Below, piece after piece: positions 52,044 through 64,000 of a DNA stretch of 64,000 nucleotides (position 1 is the first letter of the stretch; every line of letters begins with the position of its first letter). Source of the DNA: Patellaria atrata CBS 101060 (taxonomy: Eukaryota); contig MU006093.1 in the NCBI GenBank assembly GCA_010093705.1, positions 491,557 to 555,556 of the forward strand, in the 5' to 3' direction. Below the pieces are notes generated by a model. It worked only from the letters and a program-made list of their open reading frames with translations. It made no database searches and was not told where the DNA came from. The position numbers and the translations under genes were made by a program.

Positions 52044-53062
52044 ATCCGCATCAGAATCTACTCATACCACTTCTCACATTCCGCCCAAGCTCTGGTCTTA
52101 TACCCCCAATCATTATCACGAGAACTTCACCCCCTTCTCACGATTTATCTCTCATCGCGCATGTCGGAGCTTCGTATCAGTGACAGGACTNNNNNNNNNN
52201 NNNNNNNNNNNNNNNNNNNNNNNNNNNNNNNNNNNNNNNNNNNNNNNNNNNNNNNNNNNNNNNNNNNNNNNNNNNNNNNNNNNNNNNNNNAATTCAACAT
52301 CCTCTGATATCCTCCACCCTAAAGTCTGTATCCCTATCCCTATCCCTATGTTTATCCTCTCTATACCCCCTCAAATCATTCCAAGATACATTAAACAGAT
52401 CGTTCACGCGTCGTATAAGTCTAGATGGGGCTTCCCATCTTCCCCCATTAGTGGAAAAGTGGCATATACGTACTTAATCCCCTCAAGGGAAAGGGGGAAA
52501 GGGAGCAAAGGGAAGGGGAATGCGCTAGCTCATATCCCGTCGAATCTGACTTGTCCCTTCCTTCATTACCCACGCCGTTAAACCATCTCAATTCTCCCGA
52601 CATCCGCGCACTGTCCCATCCCATCCCATCCAATTCAAACATCAAAATCCAAACATACACATCAAATCACACGACATCCCATCAAGGTGAAAAAAAAAAA
52701 TGAAAAAAAATATTAATAGCATCCGTGCTGTACTTGTACTGTACTGTACATAGACGCTGTTGCTGGGTATCATCCGCTATATCACACATAAAACCCAAGG
52801 TAAGCGCCAAATACACCCAACCATCCCATTCCACCCACCCAAACCATGATCGCAAACAAAACCCGCCCTTAAAAAGCTTTTTTTTTTTTTTTTAAAAAAA
52901 AAATAAAGGCCCACCCAAACCCCTAGAAGATGTGGGTAAATATCCATATATCATGTCACGTCGTAAGTCCGACTCCCCCGCGAGGGGGGGAAAAGGGGGA
53001 GGAGGGGGGGGGGGGGGTTTATCCCAAGGGAAGTTTTATAATACAGAGGTCGAAATAAAAGA

Positions 53063-54856
53063 TTATCGTAACAAACCCCCAACATCCTGGAACGACGGCC
53101 CGGTATCCCCCCTCTCCCCCGGCGGCGTACCCGGTGGCGTACCCGGCCTAGAGACCGAGAGCGTAGGCGACGGACTCGGTATCTCGGAGATGGGAGACGG
53201 GGGCAACCCGAGCGGATCGACGCGCGTAACGGACGATCGTGCCCCACAAGACCTTGCCTCCCTATCGTCGTCCTCCAGCAACCCTCCGACATCCTGGAGC
53301 GTCTGGACCGGATCGCGGCGCTCGAGACGGGGGCTCTGGATCCCGATGGGCGCGCTGCCCTCCCTCGGTCTCGATCGCTGATAACCCACCAACTCGTGCG
53401 CCTCCGGTTGCGGTCGCGAGTGCCGTCGTCCGGGCGGCGGTAAAAGGCCGCCGAGGTCGGAGATCAGGGCGCGGGAACCCCGGCGGGAGGCGAGGGCGAA
53501 GTCTTGAGCTGAGGAGCCCGAGACGGGGGACGGGAGGTTCGTGCTGGATGCGGAGGCCGGTTCGAGGAGCCCCCCGACGTCGAAGAAGGAGACGTTGCGT
53601 TTGGGGGGCACGATGCGGAGGTCGTGGGGGCTCGGGAGGGGGGAGGCTTTGGGGTCTGCGGAGGCGCTGGCGCGGGGGGATTCCTCGCTTTCGCGGGGGA
53701 AGCGCCATTGGGCGTTTACGAGGTCTTTCGGGTCACCGTGGGGTGTGGGTCGGCCTGGGGTGATTTGCGGCGGGGCGCGCGGGGTCGGTTGGGTTTGGAG
53801 GTCGGCGTCGAGGCGGTATCCCATGTCGCGGATCAGGTCTTCGTCGCTTCCCCATTGTTGGGCCGTCATGGTGGTGCGGCGCGTGGATGTGCGCTCGATG
53901 CTATCGGTCGTGGAGCCGAATTTGAATTTTGCCTTTTTGACGCCCCGGTCGCGGAGGAAGGAGCCGAGGACCACGGCGTTGGATACGGCGGCTGCGGCCA
54001 TGATTTCCGCGGAGGCGAAGACGGTCCGGTACTGTTGGCTTCCGTTGCGCCAGATTACGTTGGGGACGCGGGCGCAGGTGATGACGATGAGGGCGATGGA
54101 GAGGGAGAATAGCATGATGAGGTCGGCTTTCCGGCGCCAGGGCATGGAGGACTGGAGGATGATCGGGATGGGGAAGACGACGATGGTGATGTCGGTGAGG
54201 ACGTCGGTTACGCCCATGGTTACGAGTTGAGCGTAGCCCAGTCTGCATTGCGGTCCTGGGTCTGGTACCACTTGCCAGTAATGGTGGAAGGGTTGACATT
54301 CTGCAAGTGTCGAGATGACGACACCTAAGAAGGTGAGGAAGAGGAAGAGGAAGATTCCTCTCAGGGCTAATTCGTACCCACGTTTCCAGAACCTCTGAGT
54401 CATGCGTTTGAGAAATTCGAGGACTGTGAGTTTGGCTGTCCAGATGCTGCAGATCGATGTTAGTGTGCTGATCATGCTGAAATATTGTAACCAGAGAAGG
54501 AGGACTTACAAGGCAGCATAGAAGATCCGAGCGGGCAGAACCAGCCGTGCACCAATTGATCGGTAATGGATGGTTCTCGCGTCCATACCTTCGGTCATAG
54601 TGTTGTTGGTTCCATAGAGCAAGACGCAGTGAACGAAAGCCATTCGCGCCAATAATGGAATGATGCTCAATGCCATGATCTTGTCTTCCCGGAATAGTCG
54701 ATTATTCCTCACGAGACGGCCTCCCAGACGAAACAGAATGATGGTGAGCGCCATTCCGGTGCACCACCAACTGAAGAGTAGGGAAGGGTTATTTTCGCGC
54801 TGAGTCTCCCGGGCCCTTGGTGGTGAGACATCGTATAGTGCTCGTGGAAGAAGCAT
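53063..54856 (-). CDS. Pth11-like (rhodopsin-domain, no CFEM) integral membrane protein; intron 54509-54447
   Basis: LLFSWWCT......FRL.GR.VR..RLFREDKIMALSIIPLL.RM, RIFYAAFIW.AK.TV.EF, LAECQPF.HYWQVVPDPGPQCR and DV.TD...VFPIP: a seven-TM pattern followed by a low-complexity tail with repeated DVGGLL motifs. Confidence 0.88.
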
Positions 54857-56095
54857 CACCACCGGTTGTTCAGCTGCCCACCGCCTCCGCAGAGGGGTGA
54901 GCTTTTCTTTTTACTTTGTTGTTTTCCAGGAAATATATGATTGATTGCTGGATCTCGGCGTGTATCTAAGGACGATGTATGTGAGATTTGGTCAAGACGC
55001 GCTTTGACCATGTCGTTGAAGTACGCAATCTTCGATCACCGAGAGAACCAGCAATACATGCGAGAGCAAGGATATTGATTGAAGATGACGCTGGCGCTCG
55101 GACTGGGACTTCACTCTGGGGTAATTCCGAACTGTTCCTGAAGTTGAAGGATGGAGGTTTAAGAGAAGGGCAAGCAGGAGAGCTAAAGGTAATTGACGAG
55201 GAAGAAATGATGAGTTGTTCCAGAGGGAAAAGTGATGACAGGGAGATCAGGTGTTTTGGAGGACGGGGGGCATCACTCATACTTGAGGGCCTGCCCGTTC
55301 TAGGCGAGATACAGCCATTTTATCGCTCACACGCCTGATGAGCAAGTGAGCAGCTCAGGTCTTGATTCCTTCATCTCAGGCCAAGGGAAGGCCCAGATGA
55401 CAGATGCACCGGTTGTGGCGCCCAGATAAGCCCAAAATCTTTTGCCCACTGACAAACTATCCCTCTATCGGATCTCTGTATCATCGCCATTGGCACTATC
55501 GAGCTTTCATATTCTAGACTTGAGACAAGACATTAGAACTTACAGCAAACGTACGAGTAGCAGTAGTTGGGCGTAACCGCATTGACCGCTTGTAGGACCT
55601 CTTTAGGTACAGCACAGTACACGCTTGATGGAGTATTCGAAAATGGGGATTGTTTCGACAAAGAACGCTGCATACTTGCCGTTTTATCCAACGTGCATCT
55701 CTCCGTCAAGTACAAAGTAAGAGTACAGGGCGGCAAGGAATAAATCGACCCAAGAACCCAGGACTCGATAGCATGGTTGGCAAGCCCAGCGATTCCGCTC
55801 GGCCTGTAACGTGTTGTGCGTGAAGCCTGTCAGCTGCTTGCCCGTATCTTCCCCCTCGGGCCAGACAGTTGGAACTGGAAAATGCAGATATCAATTGGTG
55901 GCTGGCACAAGATGCTCAGCTCAACCGAATCCCTTGTTACGAAGAGCCGCTCTGTTCCTTGCTATCTTTGGGACTCTGAAGGAGGGAGGAGGGATGTGGC
56001 AACTCCCCGGCTTCCATCTTCGCCATCGGATCTTAGCATTTATCACGACTCTATCACTACTTTAACTTCCGGAGAGAGGGCGGAGAGATGGGAGG

Positions 56096-56204
56096 AGAGA
56101 TGGGGGAGAGATGGGGGGAGAGATGGGGGGAGAGATGGGGGGAGAGATGGGGGGAGAGATGGGGGGAGAGATGGGGGGAGAGATGGGGGGAGAGATGGGG
56201 GAGA
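56096..56204. repeat. 12-bp G-rich tandem repeat (GAGATGGGGGGA)n
   Basis: About 9 copies seen directly. Confidence 0.95.
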
Positions 56205-56925
56205 TATCAACAACAAGAGTATGGGTTGTGACTTGTGAGTCGTTGTTGTCCGTCTCATACCGTCTGTTCGAGTCAAGACCGGAACCGGATACGCGCAAGT
56301 CAAGATAACCTCGAGTGTCTCTCTCTGACACTACTTGTGAGTTTTCTCATAGCTCTCTCACCTTAACACCTTACAACTCCGTGGGCCTGTTACATGTCCA
56401 GCCGCGGCTCTCGTCTCCTAGGAGTGATGGAGACACTTTGGGCTCAAGGTTTCACGGTTGACACTTCTTCTTCCTTCGTGCGAGCCCTCCATACTACAGT
56501 AGCACGAGTAGCTGCTCGAACTACTGCTGCTGCTGACCACCCTTTTCAGCATACAATCAGTTCCAAATGGTCGGACGGTTCATGCTTAGACCTGACATTC
56601 CCTGAGAGAATCACTAATATAAAAGTAGCAGGGGAAAGCCATCGTCTTCTGCAGAGTGTGCAGATATCCCCACGCTTTTGACAAGCACTTGGTGTTGTTG
56701 ACGTATGCGACCAGAGAGGGAGGCGAGGCGGGGGAGGGGGCCCCCCGAACGAGCCGTGGGGGGCAAACAGGTCCCGTCTCTGAGCATGTGCTCCCCCAGA
56801 ATTAGATCTGCCGACCAGCCGATCCAACCGGCCGAGCCGCGGACCTTGACTTCTGGATATAGACGCTGTGGATATTCCTTATTAATTAACAATATCATCC
56901 TTCGGCATACCTAAAGTTCAAAGCC

Positions 56926-57038
56926 AGTGCAGGGACAGTGCAGAGACAGTGCAGAGACAGTGCAGAGACAGTGCAGAGACAGTGCAGAGACAGTGCAGAG
57001 ACAGTGCAGAGACAGTGCAGAGACAGTGCAGAGACAGT
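56926..57038. repeat. 11-bp tandem repeat (CAGTGCAGAGA)n
   Basis: About 10 near-perfect copies seen directly. Confidence 0.95.
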
Positions 57039-58525
57039 TCAACTATCATCTCAATTGACCGAGTGATATTCGATCACAAACCTCCTCAACAAAATGGCGA
57101 TTACCCTTCCTCTGATGCATAAGGTATGGCGTTCTCAAAAGCCTCCCCCGCTAAGGACTTCTTAACCTCCTGCCTATTCGGGATATATCTTCGCGAAACT
57201 GACAAGTCAAGTTGCATTTTACTTTTCACCATCGAGGACCATGGGGGCAACTCCTGATCTTGTGCCTTTTAGTTCGTTTCTTTTATGTTTTGAATGTGTT
57301 TAGTATCGACCTTTAACACGCGGAGTATCGCTATAACAGGTTGGCTCGGATGAAAAGTACGGCTTGATATCGGACTATCTTCCGATATACTTTGCTTTTC
57401 CGACATCAGTCTCTCCAGTTGCGATTAGTAACGAAAGATGACAGTACTGGAGAAACTACAAGAGCTCACGAGAGACCGGAGTGGTTGCCGCACGGATTAC
57501 ATCAGTATCGAATAGAACTATGTCCCCTCCATCACCCTCAAGGTGTAACTCTGCGAGGTAAGCATACAAACAAATAGGCAACCCGGTCCTTCACCCTTCA
57601 GACTCGTAGGGACGCTGCAATGTCATCTGGCGGTTCCCATCGCATGACCCAAGGAACAACACCACTTCTACCGCCGTGTGGTCTCGACGTTGCGTGATGA
57701 GCCTGATCTCTTCCTACTAAACCTCAGCCTAAGGCACGGTGCCTATTGTGATATAACAAATGGGCTGCATTAGACGCTTTAAATTCCCCGAGCAGCATCG
57801 AAAGTTGAGGGACCCTTTTTTTTTTTTTTGTTCTTATTTTTTTTTTCTTTTTTGTTTTTGGGTGGGAAATTATATGACCTGCATGAAGAAGCGCGCGCGG
57901 GATGCTAGCATGAATTCACCTTCTAGAAGACGGTAATGTGTAACGCCCATCGTGCTTTTGTTGAAGTCTTGAATACAACATAACGGTTACTGTAGGTTCA
58001 ATGATAATAGGTACGGTTATGATGGCTACGGTGTGGTAGCATCTGTGATTTATCGACTATCAGACGAAAACTGTCTTGTGTCTGTATGCATCCTAACAAG
58101 TTGTGCTGCGGGAGAACCGTTGGGATCGATCTTCAAGTCCACTGCGAACTCAGTGGGATTATTACATGCTAATGAAGAGACTTGAAAGGTATTTGTTATA
58201 TTTCCTGTTTGAGTACTGACAGTAAAGAAACAAGGAAAATTCCGTTGACGACATGTATAAGGTAATTTAACGATTAAACAGGAGAAATGAAGGTGTTGGC
58301 CATCATTGTACCTTTTGTAACAGTAAAAGTAGAATTACCACATCCATCTGTCAGATATAAGCCTTACTGCCAAACTCGGCATTAAGGTCGGCCCTTTTGC
58401 CGTAGTGGTATAATCTCACACCATCAAGGTAAGATCATGGAAATGGATTGAATTAGGTATCAATTTGAATTTAGAACTCTTTTGAAATTCAGAGTCATCG
58501 ATAATCTATGTGACCAGGAGAATAA

Positions 58526-58532
58526 TGAGTCA
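58526..58532. promoter_or_regulatory. Gcn4/CpcA (cross-pathway control) response element TGAGTCA
   Basis: Perfect site ~135 nt upstream of the HIS5 ATG, with near-matches at ~58491 (AGAGTCA) and ~58628 (TGACTCG). This is expected for a histidine biosynthesis gene. Confidence 0.7.
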
Positions 58533-58663
58533 AAGATATATCGTGGAGTAGTGTTTTTTTGAAGACGAAGAGTGATACCGGCATCGGCTCAAAAGGTTCA
58601 CAAAATCTCCAACAACCCCCTCAACGCTGACTCGAAATTTCGATACACACTATCAGGTACAAT

Positions 58664-60119
58664 ATGGCACAACGACGATCTCCATTCAACCTCTCAACAT
58701 GCGCGAGGCCCAATATATTGGCATTAGAGCCATATCGCTGTGCGAGAGAGTAAGTAATTCTTCAATTGACTCCCATACGCATCTCTAACGAGCTGTAGCT
58801 GATGAGGTAGTGACTACAAAGACGACGGGACAAATATCCTCCTCGATGCCAATGAGAATGCTTACGGGCCTGGGTTAAACGTCGATAAGCTACAAGGAGC
58901 ATCTAGCAATGGCTCCGTTGCATCCAAAGAGGATTTGGAGGTTGATCTCCTGGGTCTCAACAGGTATCCCGATCCGTATGTCTACATCCGCAACATATCT
59001 CCTCTTCCACTCTTCAGGGGCTCATACAATACTAGCCACCAAACCGAACTCAAACAGCTCCTCTGCGACCTCCGCAACACGGACAGCAACACCAGCACCC
59101 CCCTCACTCCGGCCAACCTCTTCGTAGGCGTCGGCTCCGACGAAGCAATCGACAACCTCCTCCGCGCCTTCTGCCGCCCCAACCACGACAAAATCCTCGT
59201 CTGCCCCCCCACCTACGGCATGTACACCGTGTCCGCCCAAATCAACGACATCGCCCTCGTCAAAGTCCCCCTCCTCCCCCCCACCTTCTCCCTCGACCTC
59301 CCCGCCCTAACCCTCGCCCTCGCCGACCCCACCATAAAACTCCTCTACCTCTGCTCCCCCGGCAACCCCACCGGCACCACGCTCCCCCCCTCCGCCATCG
59401 AAACCCTCCTGTCCCATCCAACCTGGAACGGCGTCCTCGTCCTCGACGAAGCATACATCGACTTCGCCCCCGACGGCGCCAGCGCCGCGCCCCTCGTCAC
59501 AGAACACCCCAACCTCGTCGTCCTGCAAACTCTCTCCAAAGCCTTCGGTCTCGCCGGCATACGTCTCGGTGCCGCTTTCACGTCCCCGCAGATAGCGACC
59601 CTCCTCAACGCCCTCAAAGCCCCGTATAACGTCTCGACCCCGACGTCCCAACTCGCGCGCGCGGCACTGCGGCCTGCGCATCTGGAAACCATGCGTGCGA
59701 ACCGTGCGCGCATCCTCGCGCAGCGCGACCGTCTCGTCGCCGCCCTGCCTCAAATCCCCGGGGTCGGGGGCTTTTTGGGCGGGTTTGACGCGAATTTCGT
59801 GCTTGTGCAGATTCTTTCCGCGCCGGGGGGGACGCCGTGTAATGAGACGGCGTTGAGGGTTTATGAGCGCTTGGCGGAGGGGAGGGGCGTTGTGGTTAGG
59901 TTTCGAGGTAGGGAGTGGGGGTGTGGGGGGTGTCTGAGGGTTACGGTTGGTACGGAGAGGGAGGTGGATCGGTTTTTGGGGGAGTTGGGGGGGGTTTTGG
60001 GGGAGGTTTATGGGGAAAGGGGGAGGGAAGGGGATGAGGGGAAGGCGGGTAGTGGAAGTAAGGGCGATGCTGGGGACGAGGAGAGGAGGGAGGAGGCTGC
60101 CAGTAAGGTTGTTGGGTGA
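58664..60119 (+). CDS. HIS5: Histidinol-phosphate aminotransferase; introns 58750-58810 and 58976-59035
   Basis: ARPNILALEPYRCARDDYKDDG..ILLDANENAYG, NRYPDP, GVGSDEAID, PTYGMY, CSPGNPTG, DEAYIDF, PLP-lysine motif TLSKAFGLAGIRLG and LRVTVGT. Confidence 0.97.
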
Positions 60120-60721
60120 TTGTATGTCGGGATGGGTATGGATGACGGGTTGAGTCTGGATTTGAGATGGGTTGGCAGGCTGGAGGTGTAGATCCAGCTT
60201 TGATGAAATGAATGGATGGATGGATGGATGGAAGTGTGGAGCCGTGGTCGAGAGACGTATATAGCTCAAACGAGACATGCAAACGGAAGCACGACCTCAG
60301 ATCCTCCTCAAAAAAGAACTTCTGCCCGATGATATTCCCACAGCGACTTCCGGGCACTCATACGATACGTCCTGCGACTGACGACTGACGAACATGAAGC
60401 ATCCACTCTACCCATCTCGACACACAGCACGCGGAAGTTCAGAACATCATATGAAGTTAATAAAAGTATTTTCAAACCATGACCCAACCGACGCATGTAA
60501 AGCCCAACAACACGCGAAAAAGCGAAAAAGCACCTATCCATCCCCCAGTCCCTCCGAACAAACAGGCACAAAACAGACCCGAAACCCGAACTTGAATCCC
60601 CCACCCAATGCTACCATGATCGATAGCAGAAGTCAACCCCCTCAACCCCCGTCCCTAGGTCAGGCGAGTTCAACCTACCACCCTCCCAACCCAAACCTAA
60701 AACCAAAAACCCTACCTAACA

Positions 60722-63162
60722 CTACACCCTCAACCCCCCCAAACACACCAGCGCCCTCCGTCCCTCAGCCTCAAACCCTCCAACCAAGCCCTCACACTCC
60801 ACCCTCAACGCTTCCTCGCCCTTAAGCGCCTGATACGCGATCCACTGCGCCACATTCATATTTTTCTCCTCCTCCGTCATCGTTGCTGAAACTTTCTCGA
60901 TCGCGGCGGACAGGGATAAGGCGGTGAGGGAGGGGATGGGGTTTTCGTTTTCCTTGTCTTTATTGTTGGTGGGGGGGGAGCCGAGGAAGATTGTGTGGAT
61001 GTCTATTGGGTTCCAGGGGGTTGTGGATGTGAGAGCCCCGGGGGCGAGGGGGGGTTTGGAGGGGGAGGGTGTTGGTGTGGTGGTGGGGAAGTGGACGCGG
61101 GGGGTTCGTTGGGGGTGGGAAGGGGGTTGGTTTTCTGCGTTGGAGGATTGGGGTGACGATGGTGGGGAGCGTGTTGGTTCTTTTGCTGCGATGTGGATGG
61201 GTGATGGGGATGGGGGATTCGGAGCGGGCGAGGGTTGTTCTTGCGGGGAAGTTGAGGGTGGTAAGTTTCGGGCTGGTGTGGCGTGGAGGGATGGAGGAGC
61301 AGGGAAGGCGTCGAGGTCCATTGTTTCGGTGTCAGGGAGGATGAGAGAGTCCTCGATGACTTTTTTAGACGCATTTTTGCTTTTCTTGGTGTTTGCTGTT
61401 GCTGTTGTCTTGGGCTCAGGGTCGGGTTCGATGAGAGTTTGGGTGACATGAATTGATTGTGATGACCGAAGCTCGGATCGATCTCCAGCTGCTTTCCGAG
61501 TGCGTTTCGCACGTTTCGGTTGTGATGCTTCATCCGCAGCTTCGTATGACTGTGAGGGTATGATTTCTGATGGTTCGTCTGTGACCTTGACATTTCTCTT
61601 AGCCCTCGTTGGCTTTGCAGTGGGGAGAGGTTCTTCTTGGATTTGAACTTGGAACGACTCTAATTCGGATGGTTCATCCATTTTCTTCGCCCCTTTACGG
61701 GTTCTCTTTGGTTTGACCACTGGAGCTATGAAAGATGTAGGGGCATCCTCAAGCACCATAACGGAAGAATCGACCTTAGGAAGGCCATCGCTAGTCCTCT
61801 TTGTTCCACGTGTGGTTCTCACTGGTCTCTCGTCTTCAATTCGATGTGAATCTGATGCTCTATTTAGCGCGTCTGTAAGTTCAGACTGCAGTTGACTCTG
61901 ATCCTCGCTTAATCTCGGTTTCGGAGCCACTTTCGCCTTTTTGCTTCTCGTTGCTTTCCGTGGAGGTGTACTTTGGAGGATAGAGGTATTTTCCAGCTGA
62001 GATGTCTCGAGATTTGAGTTTCGACGGGTTAATCGCTTGGGAGGTGGCGCAAGAGGATACTCTATCTCTATTGCTGTGCCGTCTAGAGGTTCCCTGTCGA
62101 TAATTATAGAATCCGTATTTGTTGCAGTAGTTTTTTTTGATTGTGTTCCCTTCTTTCCAGTTTTCGGTGCTGCTTTGCTCTTTGCTGGTGCTTTACGTCC
62201 TTTGCCTGCTTTGGACGTTGTAGTCGCTACGGTCGCGATAGTCATGACACTGTCATCTAGTCCGACAGGAAGATCACCTCCAAGTGACATCAATGAGGGT
62301 GCCTCCGAGAAAGTAGATTGTGTTGATAATCTGGAAGTTCTAGATGCTTTTGAACCTCGTCCCTTCTTTGCAGCCGGTTTCCTAGCTGCTTTGTTTTCTT
62401 CAACTAATGTGAAGAAACAGCAATCGGGAGATCGCTTATAGTGCTCATCCCTAATATAATTAGAACAACTATGAGGAGAAGGCGCAATCTATCATACCAT
62501 GGATTATCCTTTGGTTCCCAACCATCCAGTGATAAATTGCAGTACATGCAAGTTACTCCATCTTCAAACTCTGGGCTTGGATCAAAACACCAGCCAGCTT
62601 CCACCATCTACAACAACACAGTCAGTCACAGCAGTTGTGGACTAGGAAGGTACTCATTACCTTTTGTATCTTGCATTTCCACCCTTTCTTATTCTCATGA
62701 GGCCATAAATCGCCAAAGGTCGCCGTACGCGCATCTACCATGCGTTCACTCATAGGATCTTCCTCAACTCGCTTCATATCCTCTACTCGCGCTCGAATGC
62801 ACGAAACAAGAGCCCAACTGCAATCCGGTGAATGTGCAAGGTGTTCAAAAGCTGCATTATCTCCAAGTTCCCATCCGTCTAGTTTTCTCTGGCAGTGGAA
62901 ACACATAACATTGTCGTTACTAGTTGCGTCTGGGCGGTAGAAGAAGCCGGCTAAAGCAAGCTGTAATGTTATCAGTATTAACAATCAATTGAAAGTGATG
63001 CATTCCACATACCTCTTCTGGGGTAGGAGTCTTATGGGGCCATGATACAGTCGAAGGAGTTTTCTTTTTTGTAGATGAAGCGCGACGTTTTGGAAGTTGT
63101 ACTGGTTCCTGGAAAGTCGCTAGGCGACCTATTAATGTGTTGACACCCTCAGGAAGCTTCAT
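60722..63162 (-). CDS. BIR1: BIR-domain chromosome segregation protein (Bir1/survivin-like); introns ~63011-62961, 62660-62608, 62496-62450
   Basis: Two BIR repeats (RLATF..WPH..LA.AGFFY.P...DNVMCFHC...LDGWE..D....HL.HS..C and R.ATF..WPHE...MVEAGW.F.P....D.V.C.YC..SLDGWEPKDNP..EH....PDC), plus the C-terminal EE..M.V.QWI...A...EE.LR.ECE..V..FE.EG.RA helix. Confidence 0.92.
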
Positions 63163-63653
63163 CCTGAGAATTCGCGGACCAAAGCTCTTTCAAGCTTGAT
63201 ATATTTCTTCGTCCTCAGGGATTGGCGTTGATCTGGTCTGTGGATCGTTGTTTCCTGCGGTGGATAGAGTGATACCTTTTAAAGAAGTAAAGTAAACAAA
63301 ACATGAGACGCGGTTGGTAGGGTACCTGGAAAGAAAGACTAGCCCCGAAGGATGTTAGCGGAGTTTACTAGTTTTAGCGAGAGGCGATCATGACTGTGAT
63401 CACGTGGCGTCATATTAAGCTCGGTCTCTGACCGGACAAACGTTGAATTACGGGTTTTGTTGCCCATCGACAATCTATTTCACACTTCCTGTCAGTTCCT
63501 GCCATTGCGACCGTACATAACCTCAATTCCATAAAATTATGGCGCTACAACCTCCGACCAATATTGCACTTTCACCGGTCTCAGGTTTTGTATAGGTAGT
63601 ACAACTGAGTTCCCCATTGTCGCCTTAAGAATTTCACAACCGTCATTACCATC

Positions 63654-64000
63654 ATGGCTCTATCGCACCCAGCCGTAAGTGGTTCACGACCGCAAATTCT
63701 TTGGCACACGTCTTCTGGGTGAAACACAATCTGACTGACTTTGATAGTCTCTTTTTACTTTATTCAAATCTACTTCCGCAGTGATTATTCGGGAATCAGT
63801 TCCAGCCAAGAGAAGAATAGCATATACTTGGGGATATCGTCCGCTGCGCTACTATGCATCGGGAACACCCTCAAAGAAATCTGCGGAGCAAGAGGAGAAT
63901 GCGGTGGATCATTCGAGAGCGGAGAAATTCGTGTCCAGTGCTCGAGATGATAAAAACCCATCTCAAGTGTCATCTTCATCGTCGGAAACAGGAGAATCTA
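63654..64000 (+). CDS. 5' end of a gene running off the window (exon 63654-63674, intron 63675-63747); N-terminus resembles a mitochondrial presequence
   Basis: GTAAGT...CTGAC...TAG intron in phase 0. The frame MALSHPASLFTLFKSTSAVIIRESVPAKRRIAYTWGYRPLRYYASG... stays open to the window end. Confidence 0.6.

Noticed and set aside
53239..54299. Long antisense or overlapping ORFs over the Pth11-like gene (likewise over HIS5 and BIR1)
   Set aside because: Explained by stop-codon scarcity in GC-skewed sequence.
56926..57038. Regular repeat arrays as a CRISPR-like locus
   Set aside because: No unique spacers, no cas genes, and the context is eukaryotic.

Overview
Nuclear genomic window from a filamentous ascomycete (Pezizomycotina; the Eurotiomycete-like gene set is my inference). 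It has short spliceosomal introns and two 100-N assembly gaps. In order it carries: the right end of an internally deleted Fot1/pogo DNA transposon; a multi-pass membrane protein; a hemerythrin-like (HHE) protein; a tRNA-derived Pol III-type element; a PSP1-domain gene with a long spliced leader; a hypothetical gene; an AKTIP/FTS-like inactive E2; a Hul4-like HECT E3; a large J-domain protein; a reticulon; RPL15; an MFS transporter; the UaY/Ppr1-type Zn2Cys6 regulator; a JMJD5-like JmjC protein; a probable pseudogene; a Pth11-like membrane protein; HIS5; BIR1; and the start of one more gene. The most striking structure is in the reticulon gene: two consecutive [D5,6] spliceosomal twin introns (stwintrons) flank a 72-nt frame-preserving exon and give a built-in route for skipping it. 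Other leads are a tRNA-headed, multi-hairpin, oligo-T-terminated candidate ncRNA/SINE, an in-frame 'exitron' with alternative GT/GC donors in the J-protein gene, and recurrent C-rich-then-G-rich skew dyads. All gene models were spliced by eye and have no transcript support.
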